A stretch of DNA of 64,000 bases, from NCBI RefSeq assembly GCF_006345805.1, contig NC_043016.1, positions 806,001 through 870,000 of the forward strand. Reading direction: 5' to 3'. The translations under genes were made by a program, and so were the position numbers. The DNA is from Octopus sinensis. Its lineage: Eukaryota. Shown here piece by piece: positions 12,333 through 24,484 of this stretch (its first letter is position 1; each line of letters starts with the position of its first letter). Below the pieces are notes generated by a model. That model worked only from the letters and a program-made list of their open reading frames with translations. It made no database searches and had not been told where the DNA came from.

Positions 12333-12529
12333 ATTATCCCGTTCATGTAGACAAGCATGTCAGGGCATGGACCAATGTATACGAGAAATCGATCCCAAAA
12401 CTTATTTTTTAAGCTTTTTTTCTCTTTTTGTCGGACCCTTTTTGAGGAACTACTAGCTTACATGGATTTTTATCACACCAACGTCGCTACCAAACAGTGG
12501 CAGAGGCAAAAAAAGCACAAAACAAACAT

Positions 12530-12720
12530 AGGCGCAGGAGTAGCTGTGTGGTAAGTAGCTTGCTAACCAACCACATGTTTCCGGGTTCAGACCCACTGCG
12601 TGGCATCTTGGGCAAGTGTCTTCTGCTATAGCCCCGGGCCGACCAATGCCTTGTGAGTGGATTTGGTAGATGGATACTGTAAGAAGCCTGTCGTATATAT
12701 GTATGTATATATATATATAT

Positions 12721-12751
<31 letters not shown>

Positions 12752-12952
12752 TTGTGTGTCTGTGTTTGTCCCCCTAGCATTGCTTGACAACCGATGCTGG
12801 TGTGATTACGTCCCCGTAACTTAGCGGTTCGGCAAAAGAGACCGATAGAATAAGTACTGGTCTTACAAAGAATAAGTTCCGGGGTCGATTTGCTCGACTA
12901 AAGGTGGTGCTCCAGCATGGCCGCAGTCAAATGACTGAAACAAGTAAAAGAG
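12530..12952 (+). mobile_element. SINE family 1, full length
   Basis: aggcgcaggagtagctgtgtggtaag head, ggttcagaccc B box, central TA/TG tract, tail gtaaaagag. Confidence 0.9.
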
Positions 12953-13807
12953 AATATATAGATGCATACATTTACATGCGACGGGTTTTATTCAGTTTCC
13001 GTCTATTAAATCCACACACACGGTTTCTGTCGGCCAAAGGTGCTATGAAAGGTACTGAAACCGGAACTACGTGGTTATGAAACACACTTCTAACCACACA
13101 GCCACACCACACATGCAATAGGAAAATTGCATTTTTTACGAATTTTTACGAATTTTACGAATTTTCTAGACAATGTCGATTTTAATTATTTTCTTGTTTT
13201 AATAAAATTTATGCTAACTAATTAATAAACAGTTTTCTGCATTACAGAAGATAGATGACGTCAAATGGTGTGTTCGCTGTTCTCCCCAAAGCAAGTTGTT
13301 AGTCAATCCTTTGATGACGTCAATACTTTGTTTGAAAATTCCACTGTTTAGTTTTGTCAAAGATTTTATTGAATATTTCGTAACATCGCATTAAGGTTTT
13401 AAATGTTATTAAGGGACCTGTTACATGTTTACACATGTTAATATTGCTTCTTAAATGTTAGTTTATATGTTTTAGAAAACTTATTATTTTAATTATCTTC
13501 AGTTTTATCAGAACAAAGGTTAGGTGGAAAAGCTGGGAATTTCGGGGTGTTGTTTGTTGCAGTTATGGTCACTCGAAGGAATCTGTCTAGCGTTAAGGTT
13601 TCACATCTTTTATCTACAAATAGTGAGTCTGATTTTCAAAAGTAGTCTTGTTTGTCTAGGGTAATTCTCGTTACAGCCTGTACACACAAATCATAGATCT
13701 CCATTATATGTGTGCGTGTATGTGTGTGTGTGCATGCATATATGCATATATACAAGTGCGTGTGTGTATATATATGTATGTATATATATATATATGTATG
13801 TATATAT

Positions 13808-13843
<36 letters not shown>

Positions 13844-13990
13844 AGGATAAGATCGTTAATTTAAAATAAAATAACGATTTTATCAAGTGGCCAGCATGGA
13901 AAAAATAACCTTCAAAGGTAATAATTATTAAAATTATAAATTAGGGTATCATGCTGAAAATAGATGAAACTAGTAAAAAATTACTGGATA

Positions 13991-14049
13991 ATTCTAGATC
14001 CCGGATTTCTGACTTTGAATTTAGGAATGCTTTGCCTCGTCAGTAGAAT
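13991..14049 (-). ncRNA. Type I hammerhead ribozyme motif, palindromic stem III
   Basis: Minus strand ATTCTA-CTGACGA-GGC(20 nt)GTC-A-GAAA-TCCGGGATC-TAGAAT: 6-bp stem I, intact core, AUC cleavage triplet. Confidence 0.7.
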
Positions 14050-14284
14050 ACACACAGAAGATAAACATAAATACATATATATGTAAATACAACATATGAA
14101 TATTTACATATACGAACGTATACCCACATATATATGCATGTATGCCTCATGCCCAGTTCAAAATGCCCGCCGTTTAATTCCATGTGAGACAAGATGAAAC
14201 TAGTAAAAAATTACTGGATAATTCTAGATCCCGGATATTTGTATGTTGTATTTGTATATGTATTTATGTTTCTTTTCTGTGTGT

Positions 14285-14343
14285 ATTCTACTGACGAGGC
14301 AAACCATTCCAAAATGCAAAGTCAGAAATCCGGGATCTAGAAT
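14285..14343 (+). ncRNA. Type I hammerhead ribozyme motif, palindromic stem III
   Basis: ATTCTA(14285-90) CTGACGA GGC..GTC A GAAA TCCGGGATC TAGAAT(14338-43); predicted cleavage after C14337. Confidence 0.7.
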
Positions 14344-14493
14344 TATCCAGTAATTTTTTACTAGTTTCATCTTGTCTCTTGGTCTTTTCTCCGTGTTGAT
14401 ATATGGACAATTAAGGTGGTTTTAGAATCAGATCATGGCTGCTATTTTCAGAATGGTGGTACCTTGTAGATATCCTAATTTATAATTTTAATG

Positions 14494-14545
<52 letters not shown>

Positions 14546-16139
14546 ATATATATATTACTTGTTTCAATCATTAGACTGCGACCATGCTGGGGCGCCGCCT
14601 TCAAGACGTTTTTGACGAGCGAATCGACCCCCAGATGGATATAAAAACAGAATAAGTAAGAGAGCAAGAGGATTTCTTCCAGGCGTTAATTCGTCATTCC
14701 CGTGTTTGGCCGAAAAGCTTAATTTATTGCGTCTATCATTTCAAATTACATTTGTTTACTTTCGTACTTCCACCCTGTATTGTTTTGTTAGCTCTAGCCC
14801 TAATTTTACGCAAATCTTGCGGGTGCATCCGAAATACGAAGTTCCCAGTGTTATCGTTAAAGGCACGAAACTGGGTATTAGTATTTTTGGTCGATAACTG
14901 AGGAAGGATTAGGGTCTAAAAACTTTCACCCGTACTAGTCTCGTGTACATCAGCACTTGTAAATGCTGTCGCCGATTCACAAGCACTCGACGGACTTGTA
15001 GGTTTCTTTTTAACATAGAATCATATCTAGATGTGTTTGCTTAGTAGAAGCTTTATTTCGTTCTCTATAGAAGCACTATTTATTGTAGTAGAAAGCTTTG
15101 CACTTCATCTAAAATTTGGGTCTTGTGCTTCAAAAATAAAACTCGTAAACCTGATATCTCGTAAACCGATTCCTCCTAAAGTGAGGTATTATTGTATATG
15201 TCTATATATATATTATTTGTGTGTATACACACATGTGCACTCAGATTCAAACCAAATGAGACAATTTCTCCATTGTTGCTTGAACTGCTAAAAATAAGAA
15301 TCAAATCTCCCTCAATGTCACAAGAAATGGAAGGACATATTGGATATAAAGAAAACAAAGATTATGTTTTTAGCTGGAATATTATATACCATAGATCTAC
15401 TTGATCATGTTTACTGTAGAGCTAAACAACAACACCATGTACAGACACAATAATTACAATATTCACTCACACACAGACACATTCACACACATACATACAC
15501 ACTTAAGAATAGCAATATGCGTAAACATACATATTAACGATTAGTCAAACTCTTTCTGTTGTTTTCTTCTCTCTGTCTTTCTGTATGTCTTTTTTTGTCT
15601 GTCTGTGTCTCTCTGTATCTCTGTCTGTTTCTCACTCATTCCTTGTTGCTTTCTCTTTTTCTCTCTCTTTCTCTCCCTCTTTCCCTCTCTCACTTTCTCT
15701 CTCTCTCTCACACATATACACAGATATTACACAAGCAGCTTTTAAACTAAAATTATCCGGAAACAACCGAAATATAGCCAGACATAAAGAGATTGTCGTC
15801 TGCTAATTGCTTAGATTCACATCACTTATGCTTTGCGAAGACAACTAAATTCAACATTGCACATGAAGTACCTTGTTAAATTCATTGAAAAATATTCATT
15901 TCTTTTTTCCCGACTTATAAAATTGTACTTATCCTGTCATCTATCTCGAAGCGAGTAAGACAGATTCCTTAACAGGAAATTCGTATTGTTTATACAGTTT
16001 TCAGTCTTTGGTATTCACATTATCAATCACCAATCTCTCAGTGAAGAAGCCATCTAAAGTTTAAACTGAAGGTAAAGTACTTTATTAAATTCATCAAAAA
16101 ATATTCAGCACAACCAAATTAACTTATCTTTTTCAAAAG

Positions 16140-16803
16140 TTATGGGCGACGGTACTGCTTATTTAGAACTGTGTCACTCTTTTTCAATAATACCACAAAT
16201 TACCGAGAGGAGTTTGCACAGCGCATATGCAATAAATGGTGACATTTTTTTTTTATCCCTAACAGCTCAATGCGGGAATATCAAGTATACACGAGTAGGG
16301 ATGGAACATACGGCGAGCGATGATGTTGAATTGGCTGCCATTAGTGAATTGTACAATGTAGCAATTCAGGTTCATCGCAAAATTGACGATGAAAATTTTC
16401 TTCTTCGGTTCGCCATATGTGGTCGAACGGGAAGGAAGACAACTATTTTGTATAGAGGTCATATTGACAAGGACTAATATGATGTTCTCTTTCCCATTAA
16501 CAATCATGAACATAAGAGAAATTTTAAGGGATAAGAAATATTACAAGACAGCGAAAAACAGAATGAGGATTCAAAATATAATTGCGTTTAATACAAAAAA
16601 AAATATTAGAAGAAAGTGGAAAAAAATATATGGTTCCAAAAGTGAGCGAATATGAGAGGAGGACAAAAGAACAAGAAAGTAATAGAGATAGAGAAACAGG
16701 ATTCCAGAGAAAGAAGGACATTCTAAAAATAACAAAGCATAGGTAAAAAGAAATAAGATTGCAAGAAAAGAAAGAGAAAAAGATAGAAGAAATAGAGCAT
16801 GGG

Positions 16804-16842
<39 letters not shown>

Positions 16843-17530
16843 AAATGGGGAGAAAATGTGTAGAAAAAGTATGGACGGAATCTATAGCGATTACTTACGA
16901 TCCTAATCATGATTGTACATTTGAAGACATATTCCAATGCTTTATGTGTAAAACATGTAACAAACGCGATGCTAGAAAGTGGGACAAGGCATCATTAGGT
17001 ATGTTGTGTTCTAATAGTAATGTCCATTTTACCAAAAATTGAGCCAGAATGATTTATAAAAAAATCTTCATTTGAATACCACTTCAAAATCAAAACATTT
17101 TAACAATATTCGAACATGCAACTGTTTTCCAAATTCAATAATTTGGAGTTAAAAATCTTAAGAGAAATAAGCAATTTATGTCGAAATTTGAAGTGCAAGG
17201 AATAGATTTATCACAGTTCTGATTCCCTTAATAATCTTTTACAGAATAAAGATTCATAATTTTTTACGGATATTTATATCATAAAGGTTCGAAACGAAGC
17301 ACAATGTCCGCAACTAGGACTGACCAGACACAAGAACTGAACTTATTTTAAATCTGCAAGAAATGCTTAATCAAATGAAACTTTCATTAGAAGTTCTCGA
17401 TATGCTTTAGAACGTCCTTGAACTCTGGAAGTTCGAAGTTTACACAGAAGTCAATACAAAACCATTTAGAGAACATATCTCCTCATCTAATGTTCCTACG
17501 TATGAAGAAGTAGCAAAATCATCGTGTATA
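16140..17530 (+). mobile_element. Degenerate Helitron: OTU-like protease region followed by the N-terminal RepHel region
   Basis: With one frameshift GDG(N)CLFRTVSLFF...DDVELAAISELYNVAIQVH...ILYRGHID (OTU pattern); downstream AITYDPN..CKTCNKRDARKW..LGMLCSNSNV, SKHF-NNIR, FMSKFEVQG match the conserved Helitron N-terminal blocks. Confidence 0.7.
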
Positions 17531-17744
17531 TGTTTCTTTACAATATTCTTTGCTTTTTGTTAACGGAGATGTTAGATATCACTTTCATACACCACAAAGT
17601 GGCTGAATCACTTCCAGCAAACTGTATTCTTTGTAGATTATTACGGCTATCGACTGATGATTTGCTGTAATTTGTTTTATTACTGCCATGATCTTTTTCA
17701 CCAAAATTTTTTAAATTAGAATTCATGATGAAACCTACACTGTA

Positions 17745-17945
17745 CCTATTTCTTTACTACCCACAAGTAGCTAAACACAGAAGGGACAAACAAGGACAGA
17801 CAAACGGATTAAGTCGATTACATCGACCCCAGTGTGTAACTGTCACTTAATTTATCGACCTCGAAAGGATGAAAGGCAAAGTCGACCTCGGCGGAATTTG
17901 AACTCAGAACGTAACGGCAGACGAAATACGGCTACACATTTCGCC
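17745..17945 (-). mobile_element. SINE family 2, 5'-truncated
   Basis: Same sequence as 7375-7608 without the first ~30 nt. Confidence 0.85.
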
Positions 17946-17949
17946 ATTA

Positions 17950-19780
17950 GCTGCAATTGCAAACAGAGTTGTTTCTCTGAGTGGGGAAAAAATCGCATAA
18001 ATAGGAACTAGAAAGAGTCCTTTCTTTAAGAGAGGGAAATTTTTCTTGATACTCGTCACAAATCTGTTACTTGCGAAAATGCAACAAAAGAAAATAAGTA
18101 GTTTTGGTTATTGCATCAACAAGTTGTTTTCTCTAGTTTCCTTACTTTCAGAAGAAAAAGCAGCCCATTCTACTTCCAAATTATGCCAAAGACATATTTT
18201 TCAATAGCTACTGTAAATTTGTGTCAATATACAACGACGTTAATGATATAATCATTGTTGGCCTCTATAAGCTACCTCACGCACCTATACTGTATTTTTA
18301 AGAGTCGATCAACAAAGTCAAGTCCTTTCTCGAAAAATACAACTCTAGGAAGTTAATAATGGTGGGTGATTTTAACCTTCCTTATGTGAAGCGGCCTACA
18401 AATAATCCGAAGAAGGTAACTTCTTCCCAACACCAAACAAGCGCAACAAAAGAATTGTTATTTGATTTAATGGATGACAATTTATCCTAACCCATCTAGC
18501 GCTTCAGCCAACAAGACAAGACAAAGTATCTTGCACCGGATATTAACAAACCACTCTAGCTCCATCAATCACATTTCAATCGAAAATAACTTCTCTTTGA
18601 ACACGAGTTTGCAACCTTAGTTTCCGGCATGTGAAAGCTAAACCATTCGCTCCCGCCCCAGTTCAACTGTTGGACGACGTCGGTCTTCACAAAGTAGATT
18701 CGAGAGTAATTAGAAAATATCTGACATTTATCGACTAGTTCTTCACTTACAGTTCCTCTCATATTGAAGCAGCATGGCAGATGTTTGAGAACCTATACAT
18801 GCTCAAAACACGCTCCTACGAAACTCTCAAGTACAAACACAAGTAGTTCACAGAAAATATAAAAAAGCGCTTATCGGGAGAATCAAAAGATTTAATTTTA
18901 AAACTCAACAAGTTAAAATACTGCCGGCGGTAGCATCCACACTCAATAGCAATGAAAATACTTGAGGTGGTAAAATGTCATGTGTAGAACAGTACGAAAA
19001 TGTACATCAATTATCAAAGGGCTGCAGAAGAAAACTGTGCTATTAAAAAAGATCAAACAAAAGTGTTCTATTCATATGCCAATAAACATAGGACCACTAT
19101 CTCACCCGTTGGTCCACTGATTGATGATAACAACATTCTCCACTATGAAGCTAAAGAAATAGCAGAGGTCCTACAGAAACAATATTGCTCTGTATTTAGT
19201 GATTTCACTTGAGCTGACTTATGATATTCTAACTAACTCTATCCCCAACATATTTCTGACATATATTTCACTGCTTTAGACATCATCGGAAAAATATATG
19301 AAACCTAGTATTATTCCGCAGTAGATCCTGATAGGTTCCCGCTAGCGTCGTAAAGGAATGCAGACATCAACTTACATCGCCTCTAAACAGCCTTCGGAAA
19401 AAAGATTCATATATAGGCTACATACAAAAACTATTGTTTCAATCTGTCATCTCAGTTTTCGAAAAGAGAACAGATCACTTATAGCAACCCAATTACACTC
19501 ATCTTCCACATTATCAAAGTGTTTGAAATGGCGTTGAGATCAAGAATAACTTGCTTCTTGGAGAGTAACAGTACCGTAAATTCCAACCAGCAGACCTTTC
19601 CTTGCAATTGAGACTGCCTAACACAGTTTTTATATAGTTTTATATAGCGCTGATAATACCATTAAAGTTTTGGTGACGGGCTCGAATACTAATGTTATAT
19701 ATCTTGATTTCAGCAACGCCTACAACTAAGTCAACCACATCATTCTCCTTTTCAAACTGTTCGATTTTGGGATCCGGTGT
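17950..19780 (+). mobile_element. CR1-clade LINE remnant (AP endonuclease + RT)
   Basis: GDFNLP motif near 18365; ORF 19000-19212 KVFYSYANK...VGPLID...EIAEVLQKQYCSVFS; RT motif IYLDFSNAY near 19700; many stops and frameshifts. Confidence 0.8.
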
Positions 19781-19898
19781 CCCAAAAACAAATAAAATAA
19801 ATTCTTCCCAAATAATTCAAAATTACAATTCTCGGAAAAAATAGATTCCAAAATTTAAAAAACGGCAGGAACTTAGCTGCCAACCCAATATATATATA

Positions 19899-19942
<44 letters not shown>

Positions 19943-19948
19943 TATATT

Positions 19949-20013
<65 letters not shown>

Positions 20014-20137
20014 CATATAGACATGACAGAAGTAAATAAGCACCCAATAAAACATGTGTTATGTTTATTCTAACTTGTAAAGGTTTATATTTTTTATTAA
20101 TTGACATTTTTATGCCTTAGGTTTTCTATGTTTAATC

Positions 20138-20975
20138 ATGCCATATACAAAAGAAGCCTTGGAACTGTCTGAATTTCAAAGAGGCGGTATTTGGTTCATT
20201 ATGTTCCTACAGTTAATTGAGTGATTATGCAATTCCCCAGAGAGGAGAAGGAATCCACATTAACTTGCCTAGATCAACCAAGGCCGTCTGACAAGACCCT
20301 TGTCTTAGCTAAGAGAAGTGTATAGGATAGTCCCAGAACAGTTGTCTGCTGTCTCCAGAAACTTGGTTACTATGGCAATGCAACAACAAGGAAGCCACTT
20401 CTTCGACCAGCCAACATCAAGTGGAGGAAAGATTAGGTCAGTGATATGGTGGAGAGGCCACTAGTATTTTGGGACACAGTCATATTCTTTGATGAGTCCA
20501 CATTTGTTGTATTTTCTGACAGTGGCCGAGTGCGGATCTGGAGAATCTGTGATCAAGAATTTGATGTGAAGAGATTGCAACCAACAATGAAACGCGGCGG
20601 CTATTCTATGATGGTCTGGGGAGCAATTTAATGCAATGGTTGATCAGAGCTGGTGAAGTTGAGGGAAATATAAACTCAAATAAATGTATCCATATTACTG
20701 AAACGACTCGTTCCTATCTTCTCCAGTAATGAAATGATTAAAGAAGACTATTTATGGAAGGTGGGGCTCTTTGATATATGGCTAAAATGACCCAAGACTT
20801 GTTGGATGAGATTGGCATTAAACAGCTTCCATGGCCAACCCACTCATCAGATATGAGCCCTATTGAACACCTCTGGGGTATAATGGACAGGATACGTCAC
20901 AAAAACAGCAAGAAAGCATCTTCAAAGCCAGATCTTTTGAGTTTACTGCATAAAACCTGGCAAAACATTCCGTGA
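20138..20975 (+). mobile_element. Tc1-family transposase pseudogene
   Basis: MPYTKEALELSEFQRG N-terminus; FWDTVIFFDESTF, MMVWGAI, LPWPTHSSDMSPIEHLW (DD34E-type third motif). Confidence 0.9.
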
Positions 20976-21099
20976 GTATTACTCAAAAATGAAAATAATC
21001 CTGACATCTCATTTTACCAGATATATTTAGCAAAATTGCATCATAATATCTTGAAATACTAAATAGTAAATTCCCCCCCCCCAAAAAAAAACATTGCCA

Positions 21100-21740
21100 T
21101 TGGCTTCAACCACGACATCCAGAACACTTCTGAATCTCCTGTAATTCTTCTGGACAGTTTCCGTCTTTAAAATGGTGAATACTGCCATAATCCTTACCTT
21201 CAATTCATCTTTGAGGTTACAAAGAGTTTTGGTGGTCCTTCGCTCAACTGCATCCCACACATAATAACCAAGGTGGTTGCAGTCTGGGGAGATAGGGGTG
21301 ATGTGGTCGCACAAATTCTCTGACCGCCATGACTGGGTTCTCTTTCTTGTGTGGCATGGGGCAGAGTCCTGTTGCGAGACATAGGGTCTCCCAGCAGCCA
21401 CCCTCTTGACCCAGCGCAGCTCTACCTTCTTCAGGCACTATGTAGGCCTCCGTGTTGATTCTGAATCCTTGTTGGATGATAAATGCAGGTATAACTTGGC
21501 CATCACTAGTGCTCAGGCCAAACACCATGTTGTTTGATTTTTATCACTCTCGGTACATGTTTTGGCGACACGGCAAGCCAACAGCTGTTCTCTGTCTCCA
21601 ACATCTGTTCATTTTGGAACTACTGCCGCGAATGCTAAGCAATGCAGTATATCTCTTCCAAATTTCTGACAGAGTGTATTATGTCATTGTGCTGTTTTTC
21701 TCACAGGTGGTACCCAACTGTCCCTACTATACTGTGTAGT
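21100..21740 (-). mobile_element. Tc1/mariner DD37D (maT-like) transposase pseudogene
   Basis: MVFGLSTSDG..., YVSQQDSAPCHT, SPDCNHLGYYVW, consistent with the SPDLNPLDY motif of DD37D elements. Confidence 0.75.
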
Positions 21741-21826
21741 CGACAAATCAAAAACAAACAATGCGCATGCACGAAACTAAAATTATAAGATAGTGACAAT
21801 TTATCCATTGCACCCAGTATATATAC

Positions 21827-21921
<95 letters not shown>

Positions 21922-22315
21922 TAGATATATGATCCTACACACACGCGTATATATATTTCATTGCATATAACTATGGTTTTGACCAACGCACACATACATA
22001 TATAGAAAGATATAATACCCTTATCAGAGGCTGAAAAGGGTCATTTACTTCAAAGGTGAGTTACATAAAATACAAAAGAAGGTGGAAGATTTTAAATATC
22101 TAATTAATTTTGCTGTTTAATTTTTATCTGTTCTACATATATGTACGTAAGTATGTAGATTTGTACGTATATGTGTGCATGTGTGCCTGTGTGAGTGCAT
22201 CGCACTTTCATACACCAGTATGTGCGCTACATTACTCTTTATATAAACGTGTGTGTGTGTGTATGTGTGTGTGTGCGTGTGTGTATATATATATGTTTAT
22301 ATAAATATATATATA

Positions 22316-22470
22316 AACAGTTGTGGCTATTTAAATTGCTTAAACCTATATTTTCTTAAGTGTGGACATCTTAGAGCTTGTTCCTGTCTTGTGTTTATAA
22401 CAGTAAATTTAAAACTGGAAATTTGGTACATTTCTTCTGTTATCGCCTATTCCATAAGGATTTACCTAAC
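22316..22470 (-). mobile_element. Penelope-like element, duplicated 3' end
   Basis: High similarity to 23050-23222 with one internal deletion. Confidence 0.7.
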
Positions 22471-22474
22471 TATT

Positions 22475-22512
<38 letters not shown>

Positions 22513-23039
22513 TCTTTAATCTGTTCTAGTTGTTTGACTGCGGACATGCTGGGGCCCCGCCTTGAACATTCAGTTAAATGAATCGACGTGAGTACTTAAT
22601 TTTAACTTATTCTATCGTTTTCTGTTGCCGAAAAACTAAGTTATGAGGATGCAAACACACTTACACAGGCTGTCGAGCGGGATGGGGGAGGGTCAAACAC
22701 AGACAGAAAGACGCACACACGCACACACACGCGCATACACATATACGGTGCACTTCTTTCTATTCCCGTCAACCAAATACACTCACAAAGCTGTGGTCGC
22801 CCGAGGCTATTTCAGAGGGAACACTTGACGAAGCTGCAACGCAATGGGACCGAATCTGGGAATGTGGCTGAGAAATAAACTTCTTCACCCGTGGTTGTAA
22901 TATATTTATTCAGATTTCAATTAATTTTAGAAGTTTTATTTACATGCTGTTGTATTATGTACATTATTTATTCAGAGGTATTTTACTTATTGTGGGTTTA
23001 TACCCTTAAAATTATTGTGATAATTATTATTATAATCAT

Positions 23040-23800
23040 TACTGTAACGAATAGTTGTGGTTACTTAAATTGCTTAAACATATATTTTCTTAAGTGTGGA
23101 CATCTTAGGGCTTTTTCCTGTCTTGTGTTTATAATAGAAAATTTAAAACTGGAAATTTGGTACATTACTTCTACACAAGGTCTACATCTGTTATCGCCTA
23201 TTCTATAAGGATTTGCCTAACTAATTCTTTCTCAAGCAATAGAATATACTTTGTTACTATCTTTTAGTGCCCAATTTAGTTTACTAAGGGTAGTAGTATT
23301 CATTTTGTTTCTATTTCTAAAGAAATTTAAAAGATTGGCAATTTTTGGATTAATATAACGTGAGCTAGCTCGAATATAGAAGTTCTCCCAGCTCCGATAT
23401 AGAAGTACTCCCTATTCTAGGAGATAAGCTTACATCTGCATATAATACTTTATATTTACAGTTAGAGTTAAGCGAACAAACGCTGTTCCTTGCATAATCG
23501 CATTTGATAGTTCTACTACTTCTGCTTCAGTTTCACTAGAAATTATTTCTAAAATTTCCTGTCTATATTTCTAAGCCATTACTCTTTCCCACATAGACAA
23601 CATTCTGAGTACTGCGCTTTCTAGGATTCACACCCCCACGTCCAGGCTAATACAGGAGTTTGTTCAGATAGTTTGCATTGTATTGATTGTCAAACCATAG
23701 CTCCTATCCTGATACCTAGTTGGGTTACATATGGTTTCTTCATTCAAGTTGACATTGTTGCTATTTATTGATCTATAACTATTATTCTGGTTATTATTGT
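23040..23800 (-). mobile_element. Penelope-like element, GIY-YIG endonuclease remnant
   Basis: Minus translation CSLNSNCKYKVLYA..YIG..FRNRNKMNTTTLSKLNWALKD..ANPYRIGDNRCRPC..INTRQE..CPHLRKY, the typical C-terminus of PLE GIY-YIG. Confidence 0.75.
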
Positions 23801-24484
23801 TGTTATTGTTAATATGGAAACTGTTTAATCTACTAGTGTCATGTGCCGCTGCTATTTGTGCTAATAGAAAATGCTAATCTAACCCTATATTTATTAAATA
23901 ATCTATAGTATTTAATGCCTTTTGGACACATATGTATATGTGTGTATGTATATATGTATACAGTCACACATAAATACATACATACAAACATACATACTAC
24001 ATATATATATATATATATATTATATTATATATATGTATCTATGTATATATCTATATATATATAGATATATATATATATATCTATATATCATATATATATA
24101 TATATATACCTCTAATATAGGATAGAATTTTTTTCGAAAAATTCTATCAATGGCCAGCATATTAAAAATACCTTTAAAGGTTAATTTTTAAACAATATAT
24201 AAGGGCAAAAGAAAAAATTTTTGGCATTAGAAATTTTTCTTTTGCCCTTACTTATAAATTGTATATATATATATATATACATATATATTTGTGGGTGTAT
24301 ATACCCATGCCACTGATGCACTAGCTTTTGTAGCTAGTGGGTTTTAAGACAGAATTACATTCCTAAGGCTACCATATTCATCAAAACGCACTGCCGTAAC
24401 GATATCTGCTTTGTCCTTTGATGTAAAAGGACAAATAGATAGGTTCTTTAGATCAGTTAATAAACACTCTTTTTTTTTTTTTCT

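Larger units (their letters stand above)
13843..14378. mobile_element. Penelope-type pseudo-LTR-like non-autonomous element with direct and inverted segments
   Basis: Segment 13962-14100 is inverted at 14240-14376; 14186-14236 and 14328-14378 form a perfect 51-bp inverted repeat; contains hammerhead motifs. Confidence 0.6.

Noticed and set aside
10594-12412. Many overlapping ORFs rich in YI/HT/CV/MY repeats (also 21-35 kb and 47-55 kb)
   Set aside because: Di- and tetranucleotide repeats lack stops; no coding signal.
14660-15175. Minus-strand frame with only four internal TAG/TGA stops in about 145 codons (possible A-to-I stop recoding)
   Set aside because: The stop count is not convincingly below chance and the peptide matches nothing recognisable.
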